Shown piece after piece: positions 37,609 to 46,417 of a DNA stretch of 64,000 nucleotides (the stretch's first letter is position 1; each line of letters opens with the position of its first letter). The notes below the pieces were generated by a model. That model had not been told where the DNA came from. It saw nothing but the letters and a program-made list of their open reading frames with translations, and searched no databases. Both the position numbers and the translations under genes were made by a program. The DNA is from Bdellovibrionales bacterium (GTDB lineage: Bacteria; Bdellovibrionota; Bdellovibrionia; Bdellovibrionales; JAGQZY01), in contig JANPLN010000054.1 in assembly GCA_031426555.1 (NCBI GenBank), positions 1 through 64,000 of the forward strand, given 5' to 3'.

Positions 37609-40548
37609 CTATTTAATTTCGATAGAATCCAAACGGCTTTGTAAATAGGCCACCATGGAACTCCGACCCAATTGTTTTTCGAATGTTAATAATTGTTGCA
37701 AACGAGTTTTATCAAACGGCGATTCGCGCACTTGCTGGCGAAGTTTTTCCACTTCGGCAATGGCTGGCTGGGCGGGAGCTGCAGCGGCCACAGTGCGCAC
37801 GATGAGTAAACTTTGCAGCTCCGCAGGGACAACCGCCTTGACCACATCCAACTCTTTCACAGAAATGGCGCGCATCGGCTCCACCTGATTTTGCACGTTG
37901 TCGCTAAATTTAGCGAAAGCGTCTTTGTTTTTATAGATTTCCGCAAGCTTCCCCTGAATGTCATTGGCTTTGGTCTGATGGGGAGCCGCTTGTTCGGACA
38001 ATAAGCCTAGATATTGCTGTTCTTCCTCTGCAGAAAGACCGGCTGGGACGGGCAATGATAGGACTTCGTTGTAAAAACGTTGATGCTCTTGAGCTAAAAG
38101 ATTTAGCAATACAATTTGTGAGGCCCATTCTTGCTGGTCCACTGCACGACTTGCTAACTTTTCGGTTTCTTCCATGAGCGCTACTCGTGATTTTAAACTT
38201 TGCGCCAGCTTTTTTTGATTCGACGATTCTAATACAGACTTAGAAAGTTTTTCTTTTTGCGTGAGATATTTGGCCATAAGCTCCGCGCGAACTGCCGACT
38301 TTCCAAAAGGCGTGACGATAAACTGAGTGCCGCTGGTGATCGGCGCGAGCAAAACTAACTTGCCAGTTTTCGCATAAACTTCGTACACCGCTTCAGTATA
38401 AAACTCAGGCTTTTTAAGCAGTAGATTTTTATAGGCTTCGAGGTCTTTTTCGGGCTGCTTCGATGTTTTCACAATCTGAGCCACCACGGCCAACGTTTTG
38501 TCTGTGTCTTTTGATTCTTTAACAAATTGCTTATAATAAGACGAAGAGTCTTTTTGTGCTAAATCCGCAAGCACAGCCATCTTTAACGAGCGCCCCGCAG
38601 GATCAGTATCTTTTACCACGACCTTTTCGGTGGTGGCGAGAGCTGTTGCGAAGTCAAATTGCAGCTCAGCCAGCCATGCCTTTCGCGAAAGCGCAAACTG
38701 CATATCTTCCTGCGAAACTCCCGGTTGACGAATCAGCTGATCGGCGGCATCCCGTGCCTCGGGAAGCTTTCGCAATTTTTCTGCGAGAATTAATTTATTT
38801 TTTAAATAAACATTTTTCTCCTCTTGTGTGGCACCTGTTCCATCGAAGCGATTTAAAGTGATCCAAGCCTTATCCAGATCTTGGCTCGCCGCTTGCTGAG
38901 AGGATTGTGTGAGGACAGATTTTCGCGCAAGTCCCAAAAACGCAGCCGCTTGGGTTGGTAGCGCCGAAGAAAGTTCTTTGGACCAGGCTTCGAGGCGTGT
39001 GTCGTCTTTAAGTACAACAAGTGAGTCTAAGGACAGCTCTGCGGCCTTTGAGCGAATGTCTGCTGACGCTTTTTTATCAAGAGCTAAGGCACGCATCTGT
39101 TCGGCCGCTGCACCGTACTGACCCGCCTCATAAACCATGTGCGCACGTTGGTAACGGACATCCATTTCTTTTTTGCGCTCAATACTTAGATCTAAGTAGG
39201 CTTGGGTGGTTTTGTCGACAAGGGAGTTGTTCTTGCTGAGCTCTGCATTTTCGATGGCTGCAAGTAACGATACTTCTAACCAGTCCTTCCGAGCTTTCTC
39301 CATCTTGGGCTGACTTTTTGCTTCTTGCGAAAGTGCGGTGGCCACTAGCAGGTTTTCACGCACGGAAAGCTCGTAGTCTTTTAACTGAGCCGCAACCTGG
39401 GCTTGCCACAAGCGCATATCAACTTCCGACGGAAAGACCGCTAAATATTTTTGGTACGACTCCAGGAGCTCTTGCGAAGGAGACTTTTTCTCCATGGTGT
39501 TCCAATCGAGAACAAATTGGCGCAAGCGAACTTTGAGCTGTTTGCACGTATCATCAACACAATTCCCTAAGCCACTCCAAAGTGACAAGGCAGTTTCGTA
39601 GTCACGCGCGGCCTCTTTGCGATTCTGATGGGCCGCTTGCAATTGTGCTAAGTGGACGTGACCTTCCATGCGGGCTTTGGGTTCCGACTGACGCTGAATC
39701 GAGAATCTCCAGGCAGAGATGGCCGCCGGCACTTGGCCCAAGCGTTCGTATTCTGAAGCCAAGTAAGAAAGATGTGCAAGCTTTGCGTTGTCTGGACTGA
39801 GTTTATAGAGCGTATTGAGTTCTGCTTCGTTAAACGGTCGGCGCGCGAGAAATGTTGCCAAATCGCGAGAAACCTCTTCTTGAAATTGGATATCTAAGGA
39901 GATCACTCCGGACTGGGAGCGCGACAAGAGCTCTGGTGTCTGTAGGACTTTTTTAAGTTCCACAACACCTTGCTCCACTTGTCCTTGATTAAAGTAGCAC
40001 CAGCCAGCTCTGTAGGTAGCCAGGCCTTTTTGCGACGATGACGATTGCATGACTTTTTTGTAAAAACCTAAGGCCTGAGCGTAATTTCGTTTTTTAAAAT
40101 AAATTTCTGCCAGACTGAGCTGCGCTTCGGAAGAGATTTTTTCGTTTTTGTCATTGAGCAAAGACTCGTAGATGGCCATGGCCTTACTCTCTTGACCACT
40201 GAGCTCATGCAAATGCCCGATTTGCGTATTGACGCGGGCTTTTTGCTCATTCTCCAACGTTGGTAAAACTTCGTTGTACAAACGGATGGCTTTTTCGCGA
40301 TCTTTGCTTCCTGCGGTGCAAACTGTGCAGCCTTGATTGAGCTCTTTCATGGAAAGGCGACGCGCGCGCTCCGCATGCAAATCGGCAAGGCGAAGAGTGA
40401 TGGACGCCCGGGAAGTGTCCGAAGGGGGCAGATTTAAATTCACTTGCGTGAGCTTCTCTATGAGTTTTTCCTGCGCCATCTCGTCGAGATTCTGCGCCAA
40501 ACTCTGAAAACTTAAAAAAAGAATTGTAGCAAAAATAAAACCCTTCAT
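37609..40548 (-). CDS. Large exported TPR protein, GltD/AgmU-like
   Basis: 979 aa; signal peptide; 'LRLADL' and many TPRs; C-terminal 'LPVPAGLS.EE..QY..LL..A.P'. Confidence 0.75.
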   Translation of the reverse strand: MKGFIFATILFLSFQSLAQNLDEMAQEKLIEKLTQVNLNLPPSDTSRASITLRLADLHAERARRLSMKELNQGCTVCTAGSKDREKAIRLYNEVLPTLENEQKARVNTQIGHLHELSGQESKAMAIYESLLNDKNEKISSEAQLSLAEIYFKKRNYAQALGFYKKVMQSSSSQKGLATYRAGWCYFNQGQVEQGVVELKKVLQTPELLSRSQSGVISLDIQFQEEVSRDLATFLARRPFNEAELNTLYKLSPDNAKLAHLSYLASEYERLGQVPAAISAWRFSIQRQSEPKARMEGHVHLAQLQAAHQNRKEAARDYETALSLWSGLGNCVDDTCKQLKVRLRQFVLDWNTMEKKSPSQELLESYQKYLAVFPSEVDMRLWQAQVAAQLKDYELSVRENLLVATALSQEAKSQPKMEKARKDWLEVSLLAAIENAELSKNNSLVDKTTQAYLDLSIERKKEMDVRYQRAHMVYEAGQYGAAAEQMRALALDKKASADIRSKAAELSLDSLVVLKDDTRLEAWSKELSSALPTQAAAFLGLARKSVLTQSSQQAASQDLDKAWITLNRFDGTGATQEEKNVYLKNKLILAEKLRKLPEARDAADQLIRQPGVSQEDMQFALSRKAWLAELQFDFATALATTEKVVVKDTDPAGRSLKMAVLADLAQKDSSSYYKQFVKESKDTDKTLAVVAQIVKTSKQPEKDLEAYKNLLLKKPEFYTEAVYEVYAKTGKLVLLAPITSGTQFIVTPFGKSAVRAELMAKYLTQKEKLSKSVLESSNQKKLAQSLKSRVALMEETEKLASRAVDQQEWASQIVLLNLLAQEHQRFYNEVLSLPVPAGLSAEEEQQYLGLLSEQAAPHQTKANDIQGKLAEIYKNKDAFAKFSDNVQNQVEPMRAISVKELDVVKAVVPAELQSLLIVRTVAAAAPAQPAIAEVEKLRQQVRESPFDKTRLQQLLTFEKQLGRSSMVAYLQSRLDSIEIK

Positions 40549-40560
40549 GCCCCCGCCTTA

Positions 40561-41067
40561 TTACTTCATCAAAATCGCAAATTTAATATCGCTAAATCCT
40601 GCATTTCCTGTGGCCAAGATAATCGCATTCATTTGTGTAAACTGAACGCGCCGATCTGCTTGCAGGGTTACAATTCCAGGAAACTCAGTGTCCGGATGCA
40701 ATTCTTTGTGCTGCTCCCGCAAACCCATGAGCGCAGCTACAAGATCCGCCTCTTTAATTTCTTTATCTTCCAAAAAAAGTTTTTCCCCGTCGATTTTAAT
40801 CACCGGATTTCTCTCGATGATATCGCCAAGGGCTGCTTTAGGCAGTTCCATGTCTTTACCGAGAGTGAGCAATTCACCTGTTGAGGAAAAACTCATCAGC
40901 AAAAAGATCACCAAGATCGAGAACGCGTCGATCAGCGCTGTTAGTAACAAATCTGAAAAAATATTTCTTTTTTCTCTGGCGTGCTTCGGATTCAAAATCG
41001 AAGCCCCAGCAAGAGTATGAAAAAGTGTTGGTTTTACCAATGAATTACCGGCGGCATTTGACATCAT
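40561..41067 (-). CDS. ExbD/TolR family (AglS-like)
   Basis: TM 'LTALIDAFSILVIFLL' with the conserved Asp; 'LQADR'. Confidence 0.9.
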   Translation of the reverse strand: MMSNAAGNSLVKPTLFHTLAGASILNPKHAREKRNIFSDLLLTALIDAFSILVIFLLMSFSSTGELLTLGKDMELPKAALGDIIERNPVIKIDGEKLFLEDKEIKEADLVAALMGLREQHKELHPDTEFPGIVTLQADRRVQFTQMNAIILATGNAGFSDIKFAILMK

Positions 41068-41519
41068 AACGGCGACACTCCTAAATCGATAAGACCATTT
41101 CTTTTAAATTGATCCATGAGAGCGATCATATCTTCGTAGACCGACTGGGCCTGTGGCTGAATCAATGCAGTTCGCAAATCGGGCTCAAACGTTTTAAGTT
41201 CCTGTACCGCTGACTCTAAATCAGCGAAGTTGGTTTTTCCTTCGACGCCTCTAACGACAAATTTGCGCAGCTTCATCGGGACTTTTTCGCTATCTTGAAT
41301 GTTGATGGCAAGCTCTCCCCCATTTCCCATATTGACCCACAGTGTGGGCTTTTTGGGAGTTTCGCTGGCTGGCTGTCCACCCACGGCTTGTTTCACATCC
41401 AGTGTTCCGACCTGCACCCACACCGCTGTTAATAGCAGAAAGCAAATGCACGCCGAAAGAAGATCAATAAATGGAATCAAATTGATTTCAAAATCCAAAT
41501 GTTTTTTTCCGCGCTTCAT
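41064..41519 (-). CDS. ExbD/TolR family (AglQ-like)
   Basis: 'EINLIPFIDLLS..CFLLLTAVW' with the conserved Asp; 'YEDMIALMD'. Confidence 0.9.
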   Translation of the reverse strand: MKRGKKHLDFEINLIPFIDLLSACICFLLLTAVWVQVGTLDVKQAVGGQPASETPKKPTLWVNMGNGGELAINIQDSEKVPMKLRKFVVRGVEGKTNFADLESAVQELKTFEPDLRTALIQPQAQSVYEDMIALMDQFKRNGLIDLGVSPL

Positions 41520-41548
41520 TGAAGGCCCCCCGAGGAAAAAGTTACTGA

Positions 41549-42229
41549 TTACTCAGCAGAAGTATTTTTGTAACGCAAACCTTTTACTGTCATTGGATCG
41601 TAGGCATAGCTTAAAAGATTAAACGCCTTCAAAGCCCCTTGCGTGAGTTCTTCCATCAACACATTCGTGCGGTTGACAAGAATCGCGTAGGCAACGAGCG
41701 CCGGAATGGCGGTGATCAGTCCGTAAGCGGTGGCATTCATGGCTTCGGAAATACCAGCAGACAAGAGGGCCGCTTTTTCAGAGGGATTTGCATAGGAGAC
41801 CGCCGCAAATGACTTGATCATCCCAGTGATTGTACCAAGGAGGCCAGTGAGCGTTGCCACGTTTCCAAGCATCGATAAAAACGAAGTGCGTTTATCAAGG
41901 GCTGCGTTTTCGGCGATAAGAACTTCGTCCATGCGGCCTTGAATTTCTTCTTTACCACCCAAATTTTTAGCGGCTGTTGCCCCAGCAAAAATAGCAGTTG
42001 CCAACGTGTTTTCGCGCATGCTTTGAGTTTTTTGAATCACCTGTTCAATATCTCCGCGGCGAATCGTATCTTCCATTTGCGAAACAAACTCAACGTTGTT
42101 GGTTTTGCGCTTCATAAATAAAAAGTACACGCGCTCAATGATGATTGCGATAGAGATCAATTGAATGATCATGATCGGATACATCCAGAATCCGCCTTGT
42201 TCAAATGCCATTGCGATTTTTGCTAACAT
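41549..42229 (-). CDS. MotA/TolQ/ExbB proton channel (AglR-like)
   Basis: 'GG.WM', 'IIIER', 'ATLTGLLGTITGMI' and 'GISEAMNATAYGL'. Confidence 0.93.
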   Translation of the reverse strand: MLAKIAMAFEQGGFWMYPIMIIQLISIAIIIERVYFLFMKRKTNNVEFVSQMEDTIRRGDIEQVIQKTQSMRENTLATAIFAGATAAKNLGGKEEIQGRMDEVLIAENAALDKRTSFLSMLGNVATLTGLLGTITGMIKSFAAVSYANPSEKAALLSAGISEAMNATAYGLITAIPALVAYAILVNRTNVLMEELTQGALKAFNLLSYAYDPMTVKGLRYKNTSAE

Positions 42230-42415
42230 TAACTTCCCCCTGTAGATTGATCGTTCTGTGAAAAATCAAAACACAATCACAACTGACTTCAAACCAAAAT
42301 TTAAAATTAGGCCTAACATGTGAAAAAATAATGGGTTGCGCCAACAAAACTTACAGAGACTTAAGATGTTTTGCTTACAAAATAGGATAGTATTCTTAAA
42401 TAGTGTGAATACGGA

Positions 42416-42730
42416 TCACGGTTTTTTAGAATCAGTGAATTTTTTCAGAAGCTGTTGATTGAGGCCATCCACATCGACGCGGGATGGGGTATTTTGAAAT
42501 TTGTCTTTGACGGCCTTTCCCAAAACTCGGCTGGTTCGGTGATAAAAACCGCAAACACTACAAAGGCTTAAATGCAATTGCAGCTGGAGCCAGAGGCGCC
42601 AGGTTTTTTTATCATTTTTCAGTTCCATGAACTCCACGGCGTGCTTGCAGGTTAAGGCAAACTCCTCTCCCCGAGGCGAGGCCATTTTGTAATACAGATC
42701 ATGCCAAAGCTGGCGAAGTTTTTTTCTCAT
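42416..42730 (-). CDS. Zinc-binding anti-sigma factor (ZAS/zf-HC2)
   Basis: 'LTCK...LHLSLCSVC' contains HxxxCxxC; 4-nt overlap with the sigma gene. Confidence 0.8.
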   Translation of the reverse strand: MRKKLRQLWHDLYYKMASPRGEEFALTCKHAVEFMELKNDKKTWRLWLQLQLHLSLCSVCGFYHRTSRVLGKAVKDKFQNTPSRVDVDGLNQQLLKKFTDSKKP

Positions 42731-43311
42731 CGAAACGCCTTTTCAGAGCCTAATTTACCGTTGAGACATTTTCTTAATTTTTCTTTGGCTCTGAAGATCA
42801 ACACTCGCAGATGCGATGACGTCACTCCCAAAACCTTGCAGATATCCCCGGACTCCTCGTCTTCAACTTCCGTCATGACAAACGCGGTGGCTTGTTGCTC
42901 GGTAAGGCCATCCATGCAATCTTCAATAAATTGTGCCACCTGTTGTCGCTCCATCACTTTGTAGGGATCCGCAGGCTCTACCTTCCACCAGCCATCGGGA
43001 GTAAAAGAGCTATCCATTACTTTTTGCATATCATCCTCCGGAACCATTCTTTTTTGCAGTCGCCGATGTTCGCGAATTTTATTAAACAAAATTCCGCAGA
43101 TAAACGTTCGTAATTGCGAGCGACCTTCAAACTGGTCGAGATTTGCAAAAAACGTTTCCCAGGTTTGATGTATCAACTCCCCCACGTCCTCTTTATCAAT
43201 GCGATTGGCTAAGGAGACGCGAATAAGAAAAGGGTTCACCTCTTCAAACAAAGTTTTTAAAAATGCCGGATCACGACTTTGCAGCAAAGTTAGCAATTTT
43301 TGGTCAATCAT
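42727..43311 (-). CDS. ECF RNA polymerase sigma factor (TIGR02943/ECF13-like)
   Basis: Region 2 'FEGRSQLRTFICGIL.NKI', linker 'F.PDGWW..P', region 4 'DICKVLGVT..HLRVLIFRA'. Confidence 0.9.
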   Translation of the reverse strand: MIDQKLLTLLQSRDPAFLKTLFEEVNPFLIRVSLANRIDKEDVGELIHQTWETFFANLDQFEGRSQLRTFICGILFNKIREHRRLQKRMVPEDDMQKVMDSSFTPDGWWKVEPADPYKVMERQQVAQFIEDCMDGLTEQQATAFVMTEVEDEESGDICKVLGVTSSHLRVLIFRAKEKLRKCLNGKLGSEKAFR

Positions 43312-43340
43312 AGCCCCGACTCATAGCAACGCTTCCCTAT

Positions 43341-43904
43341 TTAATCAAATGAAAGTGGTCGGAGATAATGATTGTCATAGCCGTTGGGATTTTTTTGCAG
43401 GTATTTTTGATGAACCTCTTCGGCCGCCCAAAACTTTTTGGCCTCACTGACCTCGGTGACAATTTCGGCCTTCCAGGCGCGCGATTTACTCACTTTGTTC
43501 TTAAAAGATTCGGCAACCTTTTTTTGTTCGGGGGTGTGGTAAAAAACCGCCGATCGGTACTGATTACCGATATCGTTGCCTTGACGATCTTTGGTGGTGG
43601 GATCGTGCATTTTAAAAAACTGCTCAAGAAGATACGTATAACTCACTTTCTTAGGATCAAATTGAATCTCTACACTTTCGGCATGTTTTGTCTGCCCACC
43701 CTTCATATCACTGTATTTTGGGTTCTCAGAAATTCCTCCTGCATAGCCCACCTTGGTGCTGACAACACCGGGAATTTTTCGAAAAAACTCTTCAACGCCC
43801 CAAAAGCAGCCAGCAGCAAAAGTTGCCACTTCTAGTTTGCTGTTTTGTTGAGCGGACTGGGCCTGTATGCTACATAGTAAAGTTAGCAAAAGAATGCTGC
43901 GCAC
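43341..43904 (-). CDS. msrA: Peptide-methionine (S)-S-oxide reductase, exported
   Basis: GCFWG, HAESV, HDPT, RQGND.G.QYRS and AEE.HQ.Y motifs; signal peptide; AGGAGG RBS with a GTG start. Confidence 0.96.
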   Translation of the reverse strand: MRSILLLTLLCSIQAQSAQQNSKLEVATFAAGCFWGVEEFFRKIPGVVSTKVGYAGGISENPKYSDMKGGQTKHAESVEIQFDPKKVSYTYLLEQFFKMHDPTTKDRQGNDIGNQYRSAVFYHTPEQKKVAESFKNKVSKSRAWKAEIVTEVSEAKKFWAAEEVHQKYLQKNPNGYDNHYLRPLSFD

Positions 43905-43927
43905 GGGACCTCCTGGTCAGTAGGTGA

Positions 43928-44003
43928 GAGACTGCCACCGACGTTTTGTTACACCTCTGGAACAATATTTTTTTTACTGTAACGATTTGTACTTTCCCTG
44001 CTC
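43928..44003. promoter_or_regulatory. Twin divergent ECF-type promoter candidates (TGTAAC-N17-CTC)
   Basis: Plus strand: TGTAAC 43978-43983, 17 nt, CTC. Minus strand: TGTAAC 43953-43948, 17 nt, CTC. Confidence 0.6.
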
Positions 44004-44031
44004 ATACCATAAGATTTTTAGGAGGTGTTCC

Positions 44032-44559
44032 ATGAAAATTCTTTTCCGTCTGTTAATCTTAGTCCTAACTTGCTTTAATTCAAAGTCATTTGCCGCCGGC
44101 GACGCAAAACAATACAGTCAGCGCCCGAGCGATGCAGAGCTTAAAAAGAAGCTCACACCTATGCAGTACAACGTCACTCAGCACGAAGGTACTGAGCCGC
44201 CCTTTCAAAATTCTTATTGGAAAAGCAAAGACGAAGGCATATATGTTGATATTGTGTCGGGAGAGCCGCTCTTTAGTTCCCTGGATAAATTTGACTCAGG
44301 CACTGGTTGGCCCAGTTTTACCAAACCGCTAGCTACCGAGAACATCGTCGAGAAAACCGATCGCCAACTTTTTAGCGAGCGCACCGAAGTTCGCAGCAAA
44401 AACGCTAACTCCCATTTAGGCCACGTTTTTAAGGATGGTCCGGCCCCGACGGGCTTGCGCTATTGCATCAACTCCGCATCACTCAAGTTTATCCCAAAAA
44501 ATAAACTTAAATCAGAGGGTTTCGAGACGTATCTCAAACTCTTTGAAGTTAAAAAATAA
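44032..44559 (+). CDS. msrB: Peptide-methionine (R)-S-oxide reductase, exported
   Basis: GGAGG RBS before ATG 44032; signal peptide; [14 protein letters not shown] and RYCINS motifs. Confidence 0.95.
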   Translation: MKILFRLLILVLTCFNSKSFAAGDAKQYSQRPSDAELKKKLTPMQYNVTQHEGTEPPFQNSYWKSKDEGIYVDIVSGEPLFSSLDKFDSGTGWPSFTKPLATENIVEKTDRQLFSERTEVRSKNANSHLGHVFKDGPAPTGLRYCINSASLKFIPKNKLKSEGFETYLKLFEVKK

Positions 44560-44571
44560 CACCGAGGTTCT

Positions 44572-46257
44572 ATGCTTCTGCTCGTTGTTTCCTATTTGGC
44601 CGGTGCCCTGACTATTTTGAGTCCGTGCATTTTGCCGGTGTTGCCCTTGGTATTTTCCAAAGCGCAGAGTTCGTTTTGGCGAAATCGATTTCCTTTGCTG
44701 TTAGGCATGGCCCTCACATTTTCATTTTTCTCAAGCCTGGCCATTGTTGGGGGAGAATGGATCGGTCGGGCCAATGAAATTGGCCGCTGGCTGGCACTGG
44801 TTTTAATGAGTCTTTTTGGACTTTCTCTTCTGTTTCCACGGTTCACCGAATTTTTAATGTCTCCACTCAGTAACCTTGGGGCAAAACTCGGGCAATCTGC
44901 AAACGACAACAGTCCCCGCAGTTCCCTATTGATCGGAATCAGCACGGGCCTCTTGTGGGCTCCCTGTGCAGGACCGATTTTGGGTCTGATCCTCACCGGC
45001 GCAGCGTCTCAAGAGTCTGCGGGCTCGTCCTTTGGTCTCCTTGTGGCCTACTCGCTGGGCGCTGCAACGTCATTGTCCTTGGCACTCACGGCGGGGAACC
45101 GTTTGCTGAAAAAATTTAAAAATGTTTTGGGAATGGACAAATTTGTTAAAAAAGGAATTGGTCTGGCTGTTTTATTTGGCGTCGTGATGATTCTTTTTAA
45201 GTTGGACCAAACGCTCCTCACGCAACTTTCAAAAATCAGCACGGATTCCATCGAAAACAAGCTTCTGACTGCTGCAGGACTGCAGCAAAAAGATAAACAT
45301 CCCACCGAACTTCCTCCCCTGCCGCTCGATACTCCCTGGATCAACTCTTCCCCCCTGGATGTTAAGGCTCTCAAGGGCAAAGTTGTTCTCATCGATTTTT
45401 GGACCTACTCCTGTATCAATTGTTTGCGCACGCTGCCGCACTTAAAATCATGGCACGAAAAATACAAAAACTCGGGCCTGGTAATCATCGGTGTGCACAC
45501 CCCCGAATTTGCCTTCGAAAAGAAGATCGAAAATGTGCAGGCCGCCATCACCGACTTAGGCATCACCTACCCGGTGACTATCGATAACTCCTATCAAATT
45601 TGGCGCACGTTCAAAAACCGCTACTGGCCTGCGCACTATTTTGTCGATCGGCAAGGAAAAATTCGCCATCACCATTTTGGTGAGGGAAAGTATGATGAAT
45701 CAGAAAGCATTTTGCGAAAGCTCTTGGCGGAAGACGGAACAGAAATTCAAACCACAGAAAGCGAGTTAAAAGCCGAGGGAGTGTTGCAACCTAGCGTCTA
45801 TGCAAAAGTGAAATCCCCCGAAACATACCTGGGCTATTCCCGCCTCAAAAACTTTATCAACAACACAGCTCCACAGAAAGACAGTGTCCATAATTACGTC
45901 GCACCAGAAAAATTACAGCTCAACGAGTGGTCACTAACGGGCTCTTGGAAAATCGAAAAAGAGCGAGCGATTGCCCAAAGCGCAAACACAAAAATCACTT
46001 TTCAATTTCAAGCCCGAGATCTACATCTGGTTTTAGGCGCCGCAAAAACACCCATAATATTCAAAGTCACGATCGACGGTCAAGCACCCGGAAAAAACCA
46101 CGGCACAGACACCGACGAAAGCGGCCAAGGCCAAATCAAAGACCACCGCCTTTACCAACTGCTCCGCCTCCAAGACGACCCAACAACAACATCACATACC
46201 TTCGAAATCGAATTTATGGAAAGAGACGCCGAAGCCTACGCCTTCACCTTCGGCTAA
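44572..46257 (+). CDS. dipZ: DipZ-like protein (CcdA/DsbD-beta TM domain, thioredoxin, C-terminal domain)
   Basis: 'SPCILP' and 'APCAGP' TM cysteines; 'FWTYSCINC'; 'GVHTPEF'; 'SPETYLG'; 'AFTFG'. Confidence 0.92.
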   Translation: MLLLVVSYLAGALTILSPCILPVLPLVFSKAQSSFWRNRFPLLLGMALTFSFFSSLAIVGGEWIGRANEIGRWLALVLMSLFGLSLLFPRFTEFLMSPLSNLGAKLGQSANDNSPRSSLLIGISTGLLWAPCAGPILGLILTGAASQESAGSSFGLLVAYSLGAATSLSLALTAGNRLLKKFKNVLGMDKFVKKGIGLAVLFGVVMILFKLDQTLLTQLSKISTDSIENKLLTAAGLQQKDKHPTELPPLPLDTPWINSSPLDVKALKGKVVLIDFWTYSCINCLRTLPHLKSWHEKYKNSGLVIIGVHTPEFAFEKKIENVQAAITDLGITYPVTIDNSYQIWRTFKNRYWPAHYFVDRQGKIRHHHFGEGKYDESESILRKLLAEDGTEIQTTESELKAEGVLQPSVYAKVKSPETYLGYSRLKNFINNTAPQKDSVHNYVAPEKLQLNEWSLTGSWKIEKERAIAQSANTKITFQFQARDLHLVLGAAKTPIIFKVTIDGQAPGKNHGTDTDESGQGQIKDHRLYQLLRLQDDPTTTSHTFEIEFMERDAEAYAFTFG

Positions 46258-46293
46258 AATTCTATTCAATAATATCAGGGATAAGTATGCGAG

Positions 46294-46417
46294 AGATTCG
46301 TCTCGAAAATTTTCGCAGCCGAGGCGCGAGACCAAACGCCGCGGAGGCCTACTTCATGTAGGCCGCACAAGGAGTTTGGTTGAGCAACGAAGGATCCGGA
46401 AATTTTAGAACGAATCT
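46294..46417. repeat. Nested palindromic REP/MITE-like element between convergent genes
   Basis: Outer AGATTCGT..AAAATTT / AAATTTT..ACGAATCT; middle ACCAAAC/GTTTGGT; inner GGCCTAC-TTCAT-GTAGGCC. Confidence 0.65.

Noticed and set aside
42230..42415. Riboswitch or sigma54 site upstream of the AglR-like gene
   Set aside because: I recognised no aptamer structure, and TTGGCGC lacks a correctly spaced GC.
43924..44031. N-terminal extension of msrB in the ORF track
   Set aside because: A strong RBS and signal peptide point to ATG 44032, and the extension spans the promoter region.
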